This document shows positions 32,094 to 36,367 of a DNA stretch of 36,367 nucleotides, one piece after another. The translations under genes were made by a program, and so were the position numbers. The stretch comes from Spirochaetia bacterium (lineage in GTDB: Bacteria > Spirochaetota > Spirochaetia > SZUA-6 > Fen-1364). Where the stretch lies: positions 1 through 36,367 of the forward strand of contig DATKLB010000022.1 of NCBI GenBank assembly GCA_035542615.1, read 5' to 3'. The number at the start of each line of letters is the position of its first letter. Position 1 is the stretch's first letter. Below the pieces are notes generated by a model, which was given only the letters and a program-made list of their open reading frames with translations, made no database searches and was not told where the DNA came from.

Positions 32094-33476
32094 GTGGCAA
32101 ATTTCATTTTCGAGGATTTTCTCTCCCGCTTCGACTCTCGGGGAGGTTTCTCCTGTGCGTGCGGCCGGGTTCACACTCTGGCAACCCGCAATGTCATCGT
32201 CGGCGTCGGTGCGCTGCAGGAGGGAGCATCCCTGGTCGTTCGCGAACGCGGGCCCGGGGCGACAGTGTGGGTTCTCAGCGACGAGAATACGGAGCGGGCC
32301 GCAGGCGAGCGCTGGAAGTCCCACCTCGGGGCGGCTCGAGTGCTTTCGCGGATTCTGCCGGGCCACCCGCGGCCGGTTCCCAGCGCCGAGCTGGTAGACG
32401 AGCTGACGAAAGAAGTCAGGGCCGCGGCGCCAGATCTCATTGTCTCGGTCGGAAGCGGCGTGATCAGCGACGTCGGAAAGAAGGTTTCCCGTGAGACAGG
32501 AGTGGCAAACTGGTGCGTGGCCACCGCGGCTTCCGTCGACGCGTTTACCTCGGCCACCTCGTCGATCCACGTCGGCGGCTTCCATAACGCGGTGCCCGCG
32601 GCGGTGTCGGAGACGGTCATCTGCGACCTCGACGTGATCGAGAAAGCACCCCGGGAAATGACGCTGGCCGGCCTGGGAGATCTCCTTGCGAAGCTCATAG
32701 CCAACCTGGACTGGAATCTCTCCCGCATCATGACGGGAGAGCACGTCTGCCAGGTCATTGCGGGTTTCGCCCGGGAGTCCGCCCGCGCCGCCCTTTCCGC
32801 CGCGCGCAGCATGCGCTCGGACCCGAAGGAAGCCGCGCGAACGCTGACCGACGCGGTTCTGACGAGCGGATTCGCCATGCAGGCGATCGGCAACTCCCGC
32901 CCGGCCGCATCCGCTGAGCACACCGTTGCCCATTTCTGGGAGATCGCGGACGCGGCCCCCGTGGAGCGCCTTGACCTTCACGGCATCCTGGTGGGCATCG
33001 CCAGCAGGATGATCCTCCACGGATACCTGGTATTCTACCGGTCTTTCGCGGACCTCACGCTCGATGCTGCGGAGCGTCTGCGTGCCTTCGAGGCGGAGAG
33101 ACCGTGGGAAGAGAGCCTGGAGGCCGGGCTTCGACCTTTCGCGGAGAAGGTACGCTCCGAGATGGCAAGACGGAGGTTCGATCGTGAGACGCTTTCAGAA
33201 AGGCTGAAGCGATTCGAGGCTTCTCGACAGGCGATCCTGGATCTTGCCTTGCCCGCCCTCGATGAGCTGGGCTCCGCCGTCGAGGTGCTCTCGGGCCTCG
33301 ACTATCCTTTTTCCCCCCGGCAGCCGGGGATCAGCACGGAGAACTGCCTCCTCCCATTCAGGAACGTGCGCCTGCTTCGGTCACGGTATTCGGGCTTCGA
33401 TCTCGCGTACGAGCTTGGCCTCGAGCGCCTCATCTACGAGGAGATCAAGTCGGATATCCTTGTCGAAATCAGATGA
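32094..33476 (+). CDS. Glycerol-1-phosphate dehydrogenase-like / iron-containing alcohol dehydrogenase superfamily protein
   Basis: GTG start. SVGSGVISDVGK, ATAASVDAF, AGLGDLLAKLIANLDWNLS and HTVAHFWE resemble the EgsA/AraM-type G1PDH pattern (GSG..D..K, D in GD, DW.L, H...H). The exact subfamily cannot be assigned by eye. Confidence 0.65.
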   Translation: MANFIFEDFLSRFDSRGGFSCACGRVHTLATRNVIVGVGALQEGASLVVRERGPGATVWVLSDENTERAAGERWKSHLGAARVLSRILPGHPRPVPSAELVDELTKEVRAAAPDLIVSVGSGVISDVGKKVSRETGVANWCVATAASVDAFTSATSSIHVGGFHNAVPAAVSETVICDLDVIEKAPREMTLAGLGDLLAKLIANLDWNLSRIMTGEHVCQVIAGFARESARAALSAARSMRSDPKEAARTLTDAVLTSGFAMQAIGNSRPAASAEHTVAHFWEIADAAPVERLDLHGILVGIASRMILHGYLVFYRSFADLTLDAAERLRAFEAERPWEESLEAGLRPFAEKVRSEMARRRFDRETLSERLKRFEASRQAILDLALPALDELGSAVEVLSGLDYPFSPRQPGISTENCLLPFRNVRLLRSRYSGFDLAYELGLERLIYEEIKSDILVEIR

Positions 33477-33924
33477 CGAAATCCTGGCCGGAACCGAGCT
33501 TTGCGTAGTACTTTTTCCCGTTTTTTTCCAGAATGTCCTTGAGCGTCACCCCGGACAGGTAGTCTTCGATCGTCTTCTGCAGCCCGGTCCAGATATCATG
33601 CGCGGCACAGGGATCCGGCCGAGAGCAGAGAGTCTTGCGGTTCAGCGTGCAGGGAGTGAGCCCATGCGTTTCCCCCACGGCGTCCAGGATCTTGGCCACG
33701 GAGATTTCCGCCGGCTTCTTGTTCAGCACGAAGCCTCCGCCGGGGCCGCGGACGGAGCGGATCAGGCCCGCTTTCTTGAGCCTGAAGAAGATCTGCTCGA
33801 GAAACTCGGAGGAAACGTTCTCCTCGCTGGCAATCGAGCCGATCGATATGGGCCGGTTGTGGTGCGCCATCGCGAGGTTGATGACTGCCCGCAGGCCGTA
33901 TCGCCCCTTTGTCGTAATCCTCAT
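33469..33924 (-). CDS. Rrf2-family (IscR/NsrR-like) transcriptional regulator
   Basis: MRITTKGRYGLRAVINLA..., the wHTH LEQIFFRLKKAGLIRSVRGPGGGF, and three spaced Cys (C-x7-C-x5-C) for an Fe-S cluster. Confidence 0.85.
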   Translation of the reverse strand: MRITTKGRYGLRAVINLAMAHHNRPISIGSIASEENVSSEFLEQIFFRLKKAGLIRSVRGPGGGFVLNKKPAEISVAKILDAVGETHGLTPCTLNRKTLCSRPDPCAAHDIWTGLQKTIEDYLSGVTLKDILEKNGKKYYAKLGSGQDFVI

Positions 33925-33947
33925 ATTTTCCTGACCTTGTCACTCGT

Positions 33948-33976
33948 ATATTATTGTTATTGTCATGATTTATCAA
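33948..33976 (-). promoter_or_regulatory. Candidate promoter for the Rrf2 gene (TTGATA-17-TAATAT on the minus strand)
   Basis: The plus strand reads atatta at 33948-33953 and tatcaa at 33971-33976. This is a strikingly AT-rich 50 nt. The dsbD ATG (33965) lies between the two hexamers. Confidence 0.45.
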
Positions 33977-35779
33977 CTGGCTGAAAAGGCGAAAAGCGCC
34001 CTCTGCGTGATTTGCCTGTTCCTCCTGCCCGGGCCGGCCTCCGCACAGGTGGAGGCGGGAATCGCCGCCGAAAACACGTCAATTCAGCCAGGCAGAGCAT
34101 TCACGGCTGCCATTCATTTCCGAATGGCTCCAGGATGGCACATCTATGGACAGGATCCCGGTGATACCGGCCTGCCGACAACGGTTTCCTGGGACCTCCC
34201 GAAGGGGTTTGCAGTCGGGGATCTTGCGTGGCCGCCTCCGCAGAGATTCGTCTCGCAGGGTTCCACCTCCTACGGCTATGAGGGGGAGGTCTCCCTGCTT
34301 GCTCGGATGACCCCTCCCTCTGACCTTGCCTCACCGGGCAAGGCGACGATTCGCGCGCACGTGGGCTGGCTGGCGTGCAGGATCGAATGCACGCCTGGCA
34401 GGGCCGACCTTGCTCTGGCCTTGCCCGTGACGTCGGCCGCGCCGGCGGTTGATGCTCGCTGGGCCGCGGTCGCGGCCGCGGCGGGCGCAGCAGATGCGGG
34501 TGCGCCGACTGCGGGCGCATCGACGCCATCTCCCGGCGTCGGCTTGCCCGGCTTTCTGATCGCCCTCGCTCTTGCGTTCATCGGCGGGGTCATCCTCAAC
34601 CTCATGCCATGCGTGCTTCCCGTCATTTCCTTGAAAGTCTTTTCTTTTATCCGCAATTCTGGCGACGGACAGGGAAGCGCGTTGCGGCACGGCCTCCTGT
34701 TCGCCGCGGGCGTGCTCGTTTCCTTCTGGGTGATCGCCGGGGTTCTCACCGCCCTGAGGGCCGGCGGGCAGCTCATCGGTTGGGGTTTCCAGTTCCAGAG
34801 CCCCGTCATCGTCACGATCACCGCCGCCCTTTTTTTCCTGATCGGGCTCAACCTGCTCGGCGTTTTCGAGTTCAACTTTCCGATTGGCGTCGGCAGCCTC
34901 TCAGGACGGACCGGGAGCGCTGGATCGTTTCTGAGCGGCCTTCTCGCGACTGCCGTTGCAACTCCCTGCACCGCCCCTTTCATGGGCGCGGCATTGGGAT
35001 ACGCTCTTACGCAGCCGGCGGCAGTGAGCTTCGTCGTGTTCACGGCGCTCGCGCTGGGTCTTGCCGCGCCATATGTGTTGCTCTCCGCGCTGCCGGGCCT
35101 GGCCAAACGGATTCCCCGCCCGGGACCGTGGATGGTGACGCTGCGCCAGGTCCTTGCTTTTCCGATGCTGGGCGCCGTCATCTGGATGATGTACGTTCTC
35201 GAAACGCAGACGGGCTTTCCCTCGATCCTCGTGCTTCTTTCGACGCTTCTGGCGGCAGGCCTGGGGGCATGGATTTACGGACGCTGGGGAGGGGTGGAGC
35301 GCACGCGACGGTCGCGCGTGATATCCGCTTGTCTCGCCGTCGTGCTCGTTGTCGGCGCGACGGCATTTTCGGCTTCCCGTTCGGCTGCTGCCGTGTCGTC
35401 CAGCGCCCCGGGGACTGCTTCGGATCCTGCGCGGGGCGCATGGGAACCCTGGAGTCCGGGCCGGCTGTCCCAGTTGCAAGCGGCCGGCACGCCCGTGTTC
35501 GTCGATTTCACGGCAAAGTGGTGCCTGACCTGCCAGGTGAACGAGAAGGTGGCCCTCGAAAACCCCGCGGTTCAAAGCGCTTTCCACGAAGCGGAAGTCG
35601 CCACGCTGCGGGCGGACTGGACTGATCGCAACGACGCGATCGCCGCGGCGCTGGCCAGACTGGGCCGCGCGGGCGTGCCCGTCTATGCGCTCTACCCCAG
35701 GGGATCTTCGATACCCGTCCTCCTTCCCGAGGTTCTCACGCCAGGCGTGGTCCTGGAGGCGCTGCGGAAGCTTCGTTGA
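33965..35779 (+). CDS. dsbD: Thiol:disulfide interchange protein DsbD/ScsB-like
   Basis: Has a signal peptide, an N-terminal DsbD-alpha-like domain, the membrane core GGVILNLMPCVLPVISLK ... TPCTAPF, and a C-terminal thioredoxin domain with WCLTCQ. Confidence 0.85.
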   Translation: MIYQLAEKAKSALCVICLFLLPGPASAQVEAGIAAENTSIQPGRAFTAAIHFRMAPGWHIYGQDPGDTGLPTTVSWDLPKGFAVGDLAWPPPQRFVSQGSTSYGYEGEVSLLARMTPPSDLASPGKATIRAHVGWLACRIECTPGRADLALALPVTSAAPAVDARWAAVAAAAGAADAGAPTAGASTPSPGVGLPGFLIALALAFIGGVILNLMPCVLPVISLKVFSFIRNSGDGQGSALRHGLLFAAGVLVSFWVIAGVLTALRAGGQLIGWGFQFQSPVIVTITAALFFLIGLNLLGVFEFNFPIGVGSLSGRTGSAGSFLSGLLATAVATPCTAPFMGAALGYALTQPAAVSFVVFTALALGLAAPYVLLSALPGLAKRIPRPGPWMVTLRQVLAFPMLGAVIWMMYVLETQTGFPSILVLLSTLLAAGLGAWIYGRWGGVERTRRSRVISACLAVVLVVGATAFSASRSAAAVSSSAPGTASDPARGAWEPWSPGRLSQLQAAGTPVFVDFTAKWCLTCQVNEKVALENPAVQSAFHEAEVATLRADWTDRNDAIAAALARLGRAGVPVYALYPRGSSIPVLLPEVLTPGVVLEALRKLR

Positions 35780-35824
35780 GCGGCCGCGGGCGGCTTTCCC
35801 AGCCCTTTCTGCGATCGCCGCTCG

Positions 35825-35853
35825 TTGACCCCCGAAGTCGGCGTCACTATACT
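35825..35853 (+). promoter_or_regulatory. Candidate sigma70-type promoter for gltX (TTGACC-17-TATACT)
   Basis: -35 TTGACC is at 35825-35830 and -10 TATACT at 35848-35853. The roughly 85-nt leader contains a CCACTC-N7-GAGTGG hairpin and a GAGGAGG RBS. Confidence 0.5.
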
Positions 35854-35942
35854 ACGTCATTCGCCGCCAGCCTTGGAATGCTGCTCATGGCGCCCACTCG
35901 TCACGAGAGTGGCGGAGGCGGGCGAGAGGAGGCTGTCTCACA

Positions 35943-36367
35943 GTGAGCGTTCGTGTCCGCTACGCGCCGTCGCCCACGGGCTTTCAACACATCGGGGGCG
36001 TTCGAACAGCGCTGTACAACTACCTCTTTGCTCGTTCGCAGGGGGGGAAGCTCATCCTGCGCATCGAGGACACGGACCGCGAAAGATATATCGAGGAAGC
36101 CCTCACCGATATCTATGAGACTTTCTCGTGGCTTGGTTTCCACTGGGATGAAGGGCCCGATGTGGGAGGACCCAGCGGCCCCTACTTCCAGTCACAGAGG
36201 ATTGAGAAATACACCGCGCGGGCCGCGGAGCTGCTGCGGAACGGACATGCGTATCGGTGTTACTGCACGCCGGAGCGGCTTGCAGCGCTGCGGGAGCAGC
36301 AGGCGGCGTCGAAATCGGGGCAAGGGTATGACCGCTACTGCCGCAATCTGAGCGATGCCGAAAGACG
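35943..36367 (+). CDS. gltX: Glutamate--tRNA ligase, 5' part (runs off the window; absent from the ORF track)
   Basis: My own translation from GTG 35943 gives [49 protein letters not shown]...[12 protein letters not shown]. This carries the class I HIGH motif and the GluRS N-terminal pattern. Confidence 0.9.
   Translation, partial: MSVRVRYAPSPTGFQHIGGVRTALYNYLFARSQGGKLILRIEDTDRERYIEEALTDIYETFSWLGFHWDEGPDVGGPSGPYFQSQRIEKYTARAAELLRNGHAYRCYCTPERLAALREQQAASKSGQGYDRYCRNLSDAER

Noticed and set aside
25920-33020. Long N-terminal extensions in the track ORFs of the ABC ATPase (to 26432), the YjjG-like HAD (to 26826), the Hcy-methyltransferase (to 29048) and the LarA homolog (to 33020).
   Set aside because: The extensions overlap neighbouring genes, are low-complexity, and lie upstream of internal starts that have good RBSs and match family N-termini.
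1-36367. Scanned for CRISPR arrays, rRNA or tRNA genes, IS elements or transposases, integrases and prophage genes.
   Set aside because: No regularly spaced repeats longer than the two short repeat blocks reported were found. No intergenic region exceeds about 310 nt, and no ORF carries DDE, tyrosine or serine recombinase motifs.

Overview
This is a GC-rich (by eye), very compact chromosomal window from a diderm bacterium. The gene content (M23 peptidase plus bactofilin, DUF327, RicT, lipobox lipoproteins, a small beta-barrel OMP) is reminiscent of Spirochaetota, but that is inference only. I call 35 complete protein genes, one of which is a 58-aa gene too short for the ORF track. There is also a 3'-truncated gltX at the right edge (not in the track) and a multiply frame-broken gene remnant at the left edge. 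Left to right the content is: DUF362/ferredoxin remnant; pgi; grpE-dnaK-dnaJ followed directly by an orphan membrane histidine kinase; an OMP with two paralogous lipoproteins (minus strand); buk; two overlapping DNA methyltransferase genes plus rlmB; a repeat-rich spacer; TetR plus SDR epimerase; rarA; tatD-dus (minus); M23 peptidase-bactofilin-DUF327-ricT; HAD plus ABC ATPase/ABC-2 permease/GldG-like/DUF4340 (minus); a small zinc-ribbon gene; Hcy-methyltransferase-plsC (minus); a membrane GT2; LarA-family plus HAD (minus); a glycerol-1-phosphate-dehydrogenase-like gene; Rrf2; dsbD; gltX. I saw no rRNA, tRNA, CRISPR array, transposase, integrase or phage genes. Most long ORFs on the opposite strand of these genes are high-GC antisense shadows. 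I do not see a complete, clearly novel multi-gene system. The items most worth a second look are: (1) the endonuclease-less tandem methyltransferase pair, whose second member has a circularly permuted motif order; (2) a roughly 100-nt block of interleaved repeats that folds into five hairpins sharing an identical AGUA loop; (3) a LarA-family/HAD operon divergent from a G1P-dehydrogenase-like gene, next to GT2 and PlsC genes; (4) a self-contained promoter-RBS-terminator unit for a 58-aa Cys4 protein; (5) recurrent near-leaderless promoter/start-codon geometry.
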